Assembly: GCA_964384235.1 (NCBI GenBank)
Contig: CAYLJX010000003.1
Span: 72,389 to 136,388 of the forward strand
Direction: 5' to 3'
Source of the DNA: an uncultured Bdellovibrionales bacterium
Lineage (GTDB): Bacteria; Patescibacteriota; Minisyncoccia; Moranbacterales; UBA1568
DNA: 64,000 nucleotides
The position numbers were made by a program, and so were the translations under genes. A model generated the notes under the pieces. It saw only the letters and a list, made by a program, of their open reading frames with translations, was not told the origin of the DNA and searched no databases. This document shows, one piece after another, positions 47,986 to 57,311 of this stretch; the first letter of the stretch is position 1, and every line of letters starts with the position of its first letter.

Positions 47986-49887
47986 ATGAAACGCCTCCTC
48001 CTCGTGATACTTTTTGACAGTCTCTTTCTTCCTCTTCCGGTTCTGGCGGACACCGTCCCTACCATCATCATAAGCGAGGTCCAGACGAGCGGTGCGTCGA
48101 GCGATGACGAATTCATCGAGCTCTACAATCCCGGGAGCAGCACGGTGAATCTCAGCGACTACGCCCTCCGTCGCAAAACCAAGGGTGACACGAGCGCCCT
48201 GGGCACCTCCGTCAAATCCTTTTCCTCAAGCGATACCATCGGGGCGAAGGAGTATTTCCTCTGGGCCAATTCCAAGAGCGTCTTCAAGGACTTGGCCGAC
48301 GCGACGACCACGGCGAGCCTCACCGATGACAACAGTCTCGCTCTCGTAGGCAAGAATAACGTGATAGTCGACACGGTCACGTACGGCTCGGGACACGCCG
48401 CGCCGTTCTCCCCGACCGTCTCGTCCAATCCTGACAAGAAACAGTCGCTCGTCCGCGACCTTGATACGCTCGAGTGGCAAAAATCCTCGGCACCGACCCC
48501 GACAAACGGTCTCGGCGTGACGTACGAGGAACCGACCCCTTCGACTCCTTCGACGGGCTCAGGGCAAGCAGGCTCAGGGCAAGTAGGCTCGGGATCTTCG
48601 ACTCCTACCACTTCTTCGGCCGTCCGTCTCAACGAACTTCTCCCCAACCCCAAGGAGAAAGGCGAGAAAAACGAGTACATCGAACTCTACAATAGCGGGA
48701 GCGACGAAGTCTCACTCGCCAACTGGACCCTCCGTGACGCATCCAAGACCGGCAAGTACGTTTTTCCCTCAACGTCATCCATCGCCGGCCACGGCTACCT
48801 CGTCATCACGCGCGAGACGTCCGGCCTCTCGCTCAACAATTCCGACGAGACTGTTTCCCTCTTCGATGCGAGCGGCACCCTCGTCTCTTCCGTCCGCTAC
48901 GACAAGACCAAGGAAAACATCTCGCTCAATTACTCCGAAAAAGGATGGCGCGGGAGCAAGTTCCTCACGCCCGGCGCGGAGAACATCCTAAATTCTCTCC
49001 CCGACACCAAGGAGCGCATCCCCAAGAAAGGCTATGCCAAGATGCCCGTGGAATTCCACGCCAAAGGCAAGGACAAAGACGGCGACAAACTCAAGTACAC
49101 CTGGGACTTCGGCGACGGACACAAGAGTTACAAACGAGACACCGCCCATACCTACAAGAAGAAAGGCAAGTACACGATCCGTCTCACCGTGACCGACGGT
49201 TCGGAGGACACTGTCGAGACCAAGAAGATCAAGATCGAGAAATACGAATATCCCGATCTCAAGATCACGACCCTCTCACCGAACCCCGCCGGAAGCGACA
49301 CGGAAAACGAGTGGATCGTCATCGAAAACAAAGGCAAGAAAAAAGTGAATCTCAAGGATTTCGCCATCGCGACCGGCTGGAAATCCCTCGCGAACCACCC
49401 TATCCGAAGCGACCTGGTCATCAAGCCAGGGAAAACCCTCAAGCTTTCACGGAAAGACGCGCTCTTCACCCTTCCCAACAAGCAGGGCAAGATAGAACTC
49501 CGTGCCCCCGACGGTAAGACACTCCAGAAGGTCAAGTACCAACTCGCCGCGTCCGTGAAAGAGAATACCGTCTATCACAAGGAAAAGAATCTTCCGTGGG
49601 CCTGGAAACAGGTTGAGAATGTTTCCTCTCCTCAAAATGCTCCCTCCCTCACGGCGAAGAAAGAAACTTCATCCCCCGCTCCAGAAAAAAAAGAAGAGGC
49701 TCAGCAAACAAAGAAAGAAGAGGTTCAACCGGAAACCTCTCCGACAGAACAACCTTCTATCCCTCCGACTGAAACAGCACCGACCCTTCCCATCGAACAG
49801 GAACAACCTTCTTCCTTTACTCACATTCTGGAAACAATTTTCTCATCTCTAAACGGACTCTTAAACAGACTGTTCGGTGTTCAGTAA
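47986..49887 (+). CDS. Secreted lamin-tail-domain (x3) and PKD domain protein
   Basis: Repeated ISEV/LNELLPNP...E(F/Y/W)IELYN motifs, YTWDFGDG PKD motif, signal peptide. Confidence 0.9.
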   Translation: MKRLLLVILFDSLFLPLPVLADTVPTIIISEVQTSGASSDDEFIELYNPGSSTVNLSDYALRRKTKGDTSALGTSVKSFSSSDTIGAKEYFLWANSKSVFKDLADATTTASLTDDNSLALVGKNNVIVDTVTYGSGHAAPFSPTVSSNPDKKQSLVRDLDTLEWQKSSAPTPTNGLGVTYEEPTPSTPSTGSGQAGSGQVGSGSSTPTTSSAVRLNELLPNPKEKGEKNEYIELYNSGSDEVSLANWTLRDASKTGKYVFPSTSSIAGHGYLVITRETSGLSLNNSDETVSLFDASGTLVSSVRYDKTKENISLNYSEKGWRGSKFLTPGAENILNSLPDTKERIPKKGYAKMPVEFHAKGKDKDGDKLKYTWDFGDGHKSYKRDTAHTYKKKGKYTIRLTVTDGSEDTVETKKIKIEKYEYPDLKITTLSPNPAGSDTENEWIVIENKGKKKVNLKDFAIATGWKSLANHPIRSDLVIKPGKTLKLSRKDALFTLPNKQGKIELRAPDGKTLQKVKYQLAASVKENTVYHKEKNLPWAWKQVENVSSPQNAPSLTAKKETSSPAPEKKEEAQQTKKEEVQPETSPTEQPSIPPTETAPTLPIEQEQPSSFTHILETIFSSLNGLLNRLFGVQ

Positions 49888-49924
49888 AAAAGCTACGAAC
49901 CTTTCCTTTCGAACGGAAGGCAAA

Positions 49925-50056
49925 GATCCCTTTTCGGAGTCTTGAAGATCCGGAAGCGGGCATGGTTCCGACTGACAAGGAGGAGAGCGAAGGAGCTTCA
50001 GGAGGGAGCCCGTACGCCGGACGGGCGAGCGACTCCGAAAAGGGAGGCTTTGCCGG
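49925..50056. repeat. Structured element family B, copy 2
   Basis: Aligns with 25670-25801 with a compensatory stem. Confidence 0.88.
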
Positions 50057-50142
50057 GAGAGAGAATAAAGCACTAGAAAACTTTTCGTAAAAAACAAACG
50101 CCCGGAAGAAGACTTCTCTTCCGAGCGATACAACAGTGCGAC

Positions 50143-50655
50143 TCACTTGAAATGCAGCATGAACCGACCAGCGGGGATCTCCAACGTTTGTACCAGACTG
50201 CGGCGAAACCGACGCTTATCGATACACTGCTCCGGCACCGGTTGACCGTCGATGACGCCGTGAGGACAAGACTCGTCGGGTCTGATCTCCTCGCCGTTTA
50301 TACGATAGTCGATATCGCCTACCCGCGTAACGGTGACGCTTTCAGGAGACAACGTCGCCACGACGATTGAAGCCGATAGCCGCGCTTCCGGATACGCCTC
50401 GAACACCTGTTCGGCACCGGCCTCAAGAAACCACAGGTTGACACGCCTCGTGATCACATCCACCAGCACCTTCCCGGCAAGATGCGAGCTGAAAAGAAAA
50501 ACTCCTTGGATGACTTCAGCCAGATCCTTGCCGCTGACCCTCCCCCGTACGGAAGTGACATTTTTTGGCCACGCCTTCGGATCAGTCGTTTCGATGGCGA
50601 CAATCACCCCCGGCCACGCGGTGACCGAAAACTCTTTCTTCCGTCTTCCTGCCAT
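50143..50655 (-). CDS. Hypothetical protein (degenerate PP2C-like fragment?)
   Basis: AGGAGGGG SD; ASIVVATL...VTRVGD resembles PP2C strand motif. Confidence 0.6.
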   Translation of the reverse strand: MAGRRKKEFSVTAWPGVIVAIETTDPKAWPKNVTSVRGRVSGKDLAEVIQGVFLFSSHLAGKVLVDVITRRVNLWFLEAGAEQVFEAYPEARLSASIVVATLSPESVTVTRVGDIDYRINGEEIRPDESCPHGVIDGQPVPEQCIDKRRFRRSLVQTLEIPAGRFMLHFK

Positions 50656-50772
50656 AGCCCCTCCTAAAAGGTTATCAGATTGTTCAAGAACGTTGCTGAC
50701 CCCTTCTCAGAGGACTTGTTATCCTAGCATCAGAACATGGTTTTGTCACTCCTATAGGGAGCAAAAAAAACA

Positions 50773-50809
50773 GAAGGGTCACGGGTGCAGAATCGCACCG
50801 GTGACCCTC
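50773..50809 (-). terminator. Intrinsic terminator
   Basis: AGGGTCAC.GGTGC...GCACC.GTGACCCT then T-run. Confidence 0.75.
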
Positions 50810-50836
50810 GGATACGGAAGAGCCGCTGAAAGCGCC

Positions 50837-51232
50837 TCATAGCACCTCTCCGTCAAAGTGATACTTGATATGTTTCGCTCCGATGTCCGCGGCGAACTCC
50901 CGGATTTTCGTACGAAGCTTCTCGTAGGCTTCGGCGGGTACCGATCTCCCCACCTTCACCTGAAGCTCGTCAAAAACAGGCAACCAGACCGCGAAGAGCT
51001 CATCGGACTCGAAGTACGGCAAAGGAACGAACCACAGAAACTTCTTTTCCTCGGCCACGAACCAGTGCTCGCCCTCCGGATCCTCTGGATCACCGTTTCT
51101 CCAATATTCCGCCGTGAGCCTCCTCTTGAAATACGAACCAAGGATCTCGGCGACAGCCCGATTGAAACGGGCAAGTGTTTGATACATTTCTACTGCCCCG
51201 CCTTCGGGATCGGAAACCTGAATACTGGACAT
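50837..51232 (-). CDS. Hypothetical protein
   Basis: GAGGAGG SD before ATG at 51232; followed by terminator. Confidence 0.7.
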   Translation of the reverse strand: MSSIQVSDPEGGAVEMYQTLARFNRAVAEILGSYFKRRLTAEYWRNGDPEDPEGEHWFVAEEKKFLWFVPLPYFESDELFAVWLPVFDELQVKVGRSVPAEAYEKLRTKIREFAADIGAKHIKYHFDGEVL

Positions 51233-51337
51233 GACCACCTCCTCACTCTTTTGTTGAAAAAACTTCCCCCATCCCCTGACGCTGCAGAAGACTCTCCATC
51301 CTATACCAGAAACGCTTTTTTGTCACGTCATAACAAC

Positions 51338-51363
51338 AAAAGACCTGAAAAACCAGGTCTTTT
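51338..51363. terminator. Terminator hairpin at island edge
   Basis: AAAAGACCTG...CAGGTCTTTT. Confidence 0.7.
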
Positions 51364-51397
51364 CTTTAGAGCTCTTTCAGCCACCACGTTCGCACCT

Positions 51398-51419
51398 GGT
51401 TCGAATCCCGCGATCCCGA
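51398..51419 (+). other. Orphan tRNA 3' fragment (tRNA-Pro-like), probable att site
   Basis: GGTTCGAATCCCGCGATCCCGA = T-loop plus 3' acceptor strand with no 5' half. Confidence 0.6.
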
Positions 51420-51451
51420 ATTCATGGAGGTCATTCGCCAGATCCGGACGA

Positions 51452-51640
51452 TCAAAGCCATGGTGGAGGAGGCGGCTCATAGGGAGGCTCTCCCGGTTTC
51501 GGCGCTTTGTGAGACAAGAGCCAGAAGAGGTTCAGGAGCTCGAGGTACCGGCCCTTCGCCTCGGCGAAAGAAAGCACTTCGTCATAGTCCGCTTCCATTC
51601 TCGCACGGAAGCGGTCGATTGTCTCATCGGTGATCTGCAT
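51452..51640 (-). CDS. Small helical protein next to att site
   Basis: 62 aa MQITDETIDRFRARMEADYDEVLSFAEAK..., Pro-rich tail. Confidence 0.6.
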   Translation of the reverse strand: MQITDETIDRFRARMEADYDEVLSFAEAKGRYLELLNLFWLLSHKAPKPGEPPYEPPPPPWL

Positions 51641-51830
51641 GCAACCAGAGTGCCATGCGCTGCAAACTCAGTCATGACGGGGGAATGTGCCAAGTCCGCA
51701 CACTCAGTAACCGGTGGTCCATAACGCCCTCGCAGCACCCTACATAAAGAGCGATTGGGCGGTCCGTACCGAACCAAACGTCGAACTTTCTAGGCGTGAG
51801 CCAGCGAAACTGGCCTGAGGCACTCATTCG

Positions 51831-52478
51831 TCAAGTCTTGGGGTATTCCGCATTGCACTCTTGCCGCAGGCGAGCACGTTCCGTGTCTTGGACCGGCCGC
51901 TCAATAGTGCTTCGAAGCGTCGCACGCATCCATGCACCCGGACCGAAGAGCTGTGATGGACTGGAACAGGAAATCGGAAGGCGCACACCTCGTACGACGC
52001 CGTCCTCGGCTATGAACTGGAGATCGCCAAGCTGGCCACGGCTTTCTTCTACGTTAAGAACCTCCGGTCGACCAACTATGACATAGCCGGGAGGAGCATC
52101 AAAAGCCACCACGTCTGATTGCGAGTGCCCCCCTCCACCTACGCCTGCTCCCTCGCATCTCACTTGGTTTCGAACCTCTTGTGTCTTGCGATCTTGAAAA
52201 CGAGCTACGGAGCCAGCAAGGCACTCTGCGATCTTGGCGTTTCGGTGTTCAGCAGCGTGCTGAGCCTCTTTTGCAGCGTCGAAGACTGCGTAGCCAAGGA
52301 CACATACGCCACCGAAGATGAGCACGAAGGCACCCATCTTCACGCCCCAGTGCTCTTTGCCAAAGAAGAGCCATGCCAGGAGACCGACTATGCATGCCAG
52401 CAGTGCCAAGACCCCAAGGGGTGTTTTGATCGCTGCTTCGAAGACTCTCGGGAACTGCTCAACAAGTGTTTGCAACAT
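51831..52478 (-). CDS. Membrane-anchored hypothetical protein (2 N-terminal TMs, Cys-containing outer domain)
   Basis: GGGAGG SD before MLQTLVEQF; two hydrophobic helices. Confidence 0.75.
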   Translation of the reverse strand: MLQTLVEQFPRVFEAAIKTPLGVLALLACIVGLLAWLFFGKEHWGVKMGAFVLIFGGVCVLGYAVFDAAKEAQHAAEHRNAKIAECLAGSVARFQDRKTQEVRNQVRCEGAGVGGGGHSQSDVVAFDAPPGYVIVGRPEVLNVEESRGQLGDLQFIAEDGVVRGVRLPISCSSPSQLFGPGAWMRATLRSTIERPVQDTERARLRQECNAEYPKT

Positions 52479-52679
52479 CCATTCCTCCCGATATCGAACT
52501 CGATCGATGACGTTCTGGTGCGCATCGCGAAATGTTTCCAATCGTGGCAATGTGCCGCCTAGGCGCGACTCGCTTCCCACGACAGAGCGCATAGCCAGCG
52601 ATTGCGACACTCATCCCGACCTCACAAGGAAGCATCGGTGCAGTGCGCCACGCGATCACTGATCTGTTTGGGCGACGTC

Positions 52680-53489
52680 TCACACTGCGATCGCGAGTTC
52701 CTTCAAGGTGTCGATCCAGCGTTCATTCACGATCCGCTGGAATCCCTCTCTCGTTGGGTGGAGCTCGTTGTCCCAGTCTTCGAGGTAGTTCGGGGAAACA
52801 AGACATCCGCGTGAATTGACCAAGTAGATTCGTTTGCCCGGATCCGCAAACTGCGAAAACTCCTCGGCGAGGCGGTCGATGAGGATGCGACAGATCTTCC
52901 GGCGGAGATCGGGGTCGTTCGGAACCTGTCGTTCGTCCATGGCCGGAGCGAGCCACGGCCCCGTTATCTTCAACGTCTCAAGTTTGAAGCCCCGTCCATC
53001 CGGGATGGGATAGTCGTAGGAGTGGAGGATGACGGCCGGGTGAAGCCCCTGTTTTCCGGCGGCACGCCAGACTTGATGGGTCATGGCGCCAAGGGCGGTA
53101 CCCAGTCGTCCCATCAGGGCATCCATCGCCGCCTCCTCGATACAGTCTTCCGGCGTTTGCGCTTTGGAGCAATTCCTTTTCAGCCCAAGCCCGTAATCGA
53201 CCGCATCGTTTCCTGCACCACCGATTCGGACAAACGAATAGTAGGGCATGTTCTCTGGTCGCAGTTCCCAAGCGAACTGTTTCGCGTACCTGCCGAAGAC
53301 GTACTCCTCCAGCTTGGCGCCGATGTACCCGAGCGACTGGATCTGACGATACGGATCCTGGACGCGCGGATGGGTCGCAATCGCGTAGAGGAGGTTGCTC
53401 TTCGGATACCAGAACCAGGAGTCTCCGATTGCCAGAAGTGCGGGAAATTCGCCGGGAAGCCACTGCTCGCCGGGCGCATAGATTTTCAT
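52680..53489 (-). CDS. SGNH/GDSL-type hydrolase (GDSWF subfamily)
   Basis: AIGDSWF, GGAGND, HSYDYP, DWDNELHP. Confidence 0.85.
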   Translation of the reverse strand: MKIYAPGEQWLPGEFPALLAIGDSWFWYPKSNLLYAIATHPRVQDPYRQIQSLGYIGAKLEEYVFGRYAKQFAWELRPENMPYYSFVRIGGAGNDAVDYGLGLKRNCSKAQTPEDCIEEAAMDALMGRLGTALGAMTHQVWRAAGKQGLHPAVILHSYDYPIPDGRGFKLETLKITGPWLAPAMDERQVPNDPDLRRKICRILIDRLAEEFSQFADPGKRIYLVNSRGCLVSPNYLEDWDNELHPTREGFQRIVNERWIDTLKELAIAV

Positions 53490-53664
53490 GCTGGTCTTCA
53501 GACTCTTTGGATCGTCAGCGATCCAGTCTTTCCGTGATTCTTCGGCGGCTTTTGCATGCTTGCGTCCCTCTAGCGTAGTAACAGACGGTTAGTGACGGTA
53601 ACCAAGGTACTTCACTGATCCCCGCCGAACCGACGACGACAAAAGGGGTTGTAAGTCAACCACG

Positions 53665-55068
53665 TCACTTTGAAGTCAATCCCGCTTCCGTCATGAACTT
53701 GACGATCCGGGCCGCTGTGAGTGCTTCGTTGTAACCAAGCCTATCCTGAAACCGATTGAAGCCTTGGACGTGAATGCCGATAACCGCCCCGTCTGATAGA
53801 TCAAAAATTGGGCTGCCCGAGTTTCCGCCAGACGTGTTGGCCTTGTGCACGAACATTCCCTCATCAGTGACCTTTTTTCCCCCAGTAAAGCCACCTGAGA
53901 GCCGCTTGAACGGAAACTGGGGCGCCAACTTGTCGGGTGTTCTGAAGAACTCCACTTGTTCCGCAACGGTCATATCGTCGGGAGGTCCCGGATAGCCCAT
54001 GACCGCCACAATCATGTTCCCGGCGTATGCAGCATTAGGTCTTTCCGCAAGCGTGAGGCTTTTCGGAAACTGCTGATCGGTCGAAGTAAGGAGTATGGCC
54101 ATGTCATCTCGAGAACCTTTAGGCACTGCGTGGACTGCATTCAGAAAATATGAACGCTCCTTGTTGGGCTCCTCGCAAGCATTGTCCTTACCCAATGGGT
54201 ACTCGACGTCAAAATAGACCTTCGCTCCAGGGCGAATCTTCCAAAGATTCTTCTGTTCATCATACTGAGCAATACTTTTGAGCACGTGTAGGTTTGTAAT
54301 CAGATGATTCGATCCCACGACGAAGCCTGATCCTGCTGGACGATCGTCAAGCATTATCAGACCTACGCTTCTCCCGGCCCGAACGAGTGCGTCTTTATGA
54401 GATGAAATTGTCTTACTCCACTCCAATGGGTCTTTGGGCGCCCAGAGTTGCTCCTTGCAGACAAGGAAATAGGGATTTGAGAGCGCTGCAAACGACTCAG
54501 CAACAGCCGGCGATATTCCCTTAATCTGACCCAAAACAAATTCTCGTGCCCGTTGCTTCGTTGAAATTGCCGTGTTGATAGCGGAGAGCGCCACATTGTT
54601 GGCTGGCGTCTTCGGCTCGACGGCGTTAAGCTGCGCCAGCTCTACCTGCAACTGATCGATCTCCGATTCGATTACAGCGAGTAGCGCTTGTCTCTGCGCG
54701 GGACTTTGTTGTTCCAGCGATTCTTCCAAAGACTGAGGCGTCACGGTCCCGGAACGCGATGCCGGTGTCTTCGACAGATCACCGTTGGAACCAACGAGTG
54801 GTGCGCCAGGCAGCTTTCGAGGAATCGACTGGCTGACTAGTCGAAGTTCCACATCGCTTATTTCGCGGGCACGACTAACGGATTCCACGGTGGCGCGCCT
54901 GAGGGCGTCGCCTAAGAGGTCGCCAAAGAGATCTCCCGCTTGGACGCTCGACGTTCCTAAGGCAATCGAGCACAGTAGCAGTAGACCTTTCTCAAACCTA
55001 GGACGATTGATGTTGCGATTCATTTCGGTGGCCGGCGCGCAGCTAGTTTGTTCGTACCCGTTTTTCAT
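53665..55068 (-). CDS. Trypsin-like serine protease with signal-like N-terminus and coiled coil
   Basis: Triad motifs TNLHV, DDMAIL, GGNSGSP. Confidence 0.9.
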   Translation of the reverse strand: MKNGYEQTSCAPATEMNRNINRPRFEKGLLLLCSIALGTSSVQAGDLFGDLLGDALRRATVESVSRAREISDVELRLVSQSIPRKLPGAPLVGSNGDLSKTPASRSGTVTPQSLEESLEQQSPAQRQALLAVIESEIDQLQVELAQLNAVEPKTPANNVALSAINTAISTKQRAREFVLGQIKGISPAVAESFAALSNPYFLVCKEQLWAPKDPLEWSKTISSHKDALVRAGRSVGLIMLDDRPAGSGFVVGSNHLITNLHVLKSIAQYDEQKNLWKIRPGAKVYFDVEYPLGKDNACEEPNKERSYFLNAVHAVPKGSRDDMAILLTSTDQQFPKSLTLAERPNAAYAGNMIVAVMGYPGPPDDMTVAEQVEFFRTPDKLAPQFPFKRLSGGFTGGKKVTDEGMFVHKANTSGGNSGSPIFDLSDGAVIGIHVQGFNRFQDRLGYNEALTAARIVKFMTEAGLTSK

Positions 55069-55105
55069 GAAGGCATCTTGCGCACCCTGTCGCTAATGCG
55101 GGGAC

Positions 55106-56239
55106 CTAGTCCAATGGAATACGTTTGAAGTGCGTTTCGGCAATCGCAACGCCGACGTTTTTGATAGTCCCCGCGCTGTCGCCCTCTGTCACACGATACA
55201 TTGCGACTATCCCACCAGCGGCATATAGCCGGTCACTTCGCCAGATGCTAGTCGTCTTGAGGGAAGAACCGCCCTTGGAGAGCACTTTGAGCGTGAGAGA
55301 CCGCCCCGATGCCACCTTTAGGTGTTGATCAACAACTTCCCCCACAAGGACGGAAAGCAGCAGTGGCTTTTTCGTTGCAGCGTCGACAGTTGTGAGGCGG
55401 GTTGCAAAATCGTCCACTTGTTTGATGAGTGCGTCAGCCTTCTCCTTCTTGTTCTTGTCAGCGCTCGCGGCGACGAGCGCACTGCGACGCACGAGCAGCG
55501 CCTCGAGGTTCTTCCTAAAATCCGATGTAATCTTCCCAGAAATGATGCCATCCACGGTACCCGTCGGGTACAGAACTTTTGCTTTGAGCTTGAATACGAC
55601 ATAGTCAAACAGCAACTCGTCAGGAACCGCTGCGTCCCCGAACGCCAAACTCTTATCGGTCCGCACAATCTGAGTCAATTGTGCCGCTTGCATCAGAACT
55701 GCTCCTAGCGTGACAATTGGAAGAGGGCCCTCCGGTATAGCTTCTAGTTTGACTTTGCCCAATAGCGATTCCACCCCCCTTGCGGTGCGTTCGAGCGTCG
55801 CTTTCTCGTCCCAGTAAAGCAACAATGCCACTCGATCCGTGTCAGTCATCAGGACACATGTCGCTTCGCAGTCTTTCTCGACCGCTGTCGCAATTTGGGC
55901 CGCCACCTGCGCAAACGACTCTGCTGCTCGAGCACTGACGTGGAACTTGTCGCGCTCACTGGCTTCTATCGTGAGTGATCCTTTCTTGCCAAATCCGTCT
56001 GGCAGTGCCGGATACTCGTTCTTGATTAAGGAAGCCTGTGCTTCCAATAGGTCGCTCTCGGCCTTGATCAAGGCCTTCTTGTCATTTAGGTCGTCGATGG
56101 CTGCTTGATGCGGATTTACTTGGTCCGCTGCACTACTTGCCACCGGGAAGACAACGAAGAAGACTAGAAGAAGATTCTTCGGCCAGGTTTCCAATACCCA
56201 CCTTGCCCCAGTTGCAAACACAGTTGGACAGTTCTTCAT
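55106..56239 (-). CDS. Secreted hypothetical protein upstream of protease
   Basis: 377 aa, signal-like LLLVFFVVFPVASSAA; GGGAGG SD; 37 nt from protease ORF. Confidence 0.75.
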   Translation of the reverse strand: MKNCPTVFATGARWVLETWPKNLLLVFFVVFPVASSAADQVNPHQAAIDDLNDKKALIKAESDLLEAQASLIKNEYPALPDGFGKKGSLTIEASERDKFHVSARAAESFAQVAAQIATAVEKDCEATCVLMTDTDRVALLLYWDEKATLERTARGVESLLGKVKLEAIPEGPLPIVTLGAVLMQAAQLTQIVRTDKSLAFGDAAVPDELLFDYVVFKLKAKVLYPTGTVDGIISGKITSDFRKNLEALLVRRSALVAASADKNKKEKADALIKQVDDFATRLTTVDAATKKPLLLSVLVGEVVDQHLKVASGRSLTLKVLSKGGSSLKTTSIWRSDRLYAAGGIVAMYRVTEGDSAGTIKNVGVAIAETHFKRIPLD

Positions 56240-56607
56240 TTCTTCCGCCTCCCCAATTCGCGCGAAATGACACTATTGGTTGTGCCATTTTCTGCATAGG
56301 CGGCAATATCCCAGGCGTCAACCTGACGGCATGACAACCGTCGGCCTATGCCATGCGATCTATTGACGCCGGATGTACTCGAAGCGTATGAGACTTCGAT
56401 ACCTGCATGGGCACGCACCGAGCGTTCTCCGCAGCAGAGTTTCGCGACAGTGCCCGATGCTGTGCGCGTGGCGTGAAGGCGTTGGGTGAGGGCATGGGAG
56501 TACTGAGCGAGGGGTCGAAAGTCAATCCGCGGACGCCTGTTCTGTCAACGTCATGAAAAGAAAAGAGGGCGAGCAATGTCACTTTCTCGCCTCCTTGAGA
56601 TCCACTT

Positions 56608-57174
56608 TCACACCATCCCTCGCTCCGCCAGACTCACCACGTCCGTCCCCGCCACCACGAAGTGATCGAGGACCTTCACATCGACAAGTCCAAGCGCCTG
56701 CTTCAAGGCACTCGTCAGCAGCTCATCCGCCCGGCTCGGTTCGGAAACGCCAGAAGGATGGTTGTGGGCGAAGATGAGAGCGGCAGCGTTGTGCCGGAGG
56801 GCCCGCTTGACGATCTCCCTTGGATACACCGACGTCTGGCTCAAGGTGCCTCGGAAGAGTTCTTCCGAAGCGATGAGGCGGTTCTGGGCATCCAAGAAGA
56901 GCGTGAGGAACGACTCGTACTCCTGAGCAACGAAATATGCCAGGAGGTAGCGCTTCACGTGCTCCGGCGAGGTGAGGAGGATCTCCTCTCGCCGCAGGTC
57001 TTCGTAGAGGAGCCGCGTGACCAACTCCTTGGCGACCTGAAGTCGCCGCTGTGCGCTCGTCCTCGCTTCGCCCGCAAAGAGCGGCACGAGACTTCCCTGA
57101 TACAACTTCTCTGCCGCCTTCGCCCCTATGAGCCTCTCCAGCAACTCGCGGTCGCTGGCCTTCTGCATGTCCAT
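56608..57174 (-). CDS. radC: RadC-like JAB-domain protein
   Basis: [40 protein letters not shown]. Confidence 0.95.
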   Translation of the reverse strand: MDMQKASDRELLERLIGAKAAEKLYQGSLVPLFAGEARTSAQRRLQVAKELVTRLLYEDLRREEILLTSPEHVKRYLLAYFVAQEYESFLTLFLDAQNRLIASEELFRGTLSQTSVYPREIVKRALRHNAAALIFAHNHPSGVSEPSRADELLTSALKQALGLVDVKVLDHFVVAGTDVVSLAERGMV

Positions 57175-57311
57175 GGCAATGGTCTCCTTCTAGAGTAAAG
57201 AACCAATTCCATCGTCATGCATGCGGCATCTCTCGCGTAGGCTTGGAAACGTGCCAAGCTGACACGTTCTCCCGTCTCCGCCCAGGAGCGTCTCTCCCCT
57301 ACCGTGGGAAG

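Noticed and set aside
51398-51419. Functional tRNA gene
   Set aside because: Only the T-loop and 3' strand exist; upstream sequence cannot form a cloverleaf
51700-51830. Possible integron attC sites after cargo genes (also 63950-64000)
   Set aside because: Only partial GTTRRRY-like ends; no matching RYYYAAC with a proper stem, and no integron integrase seen
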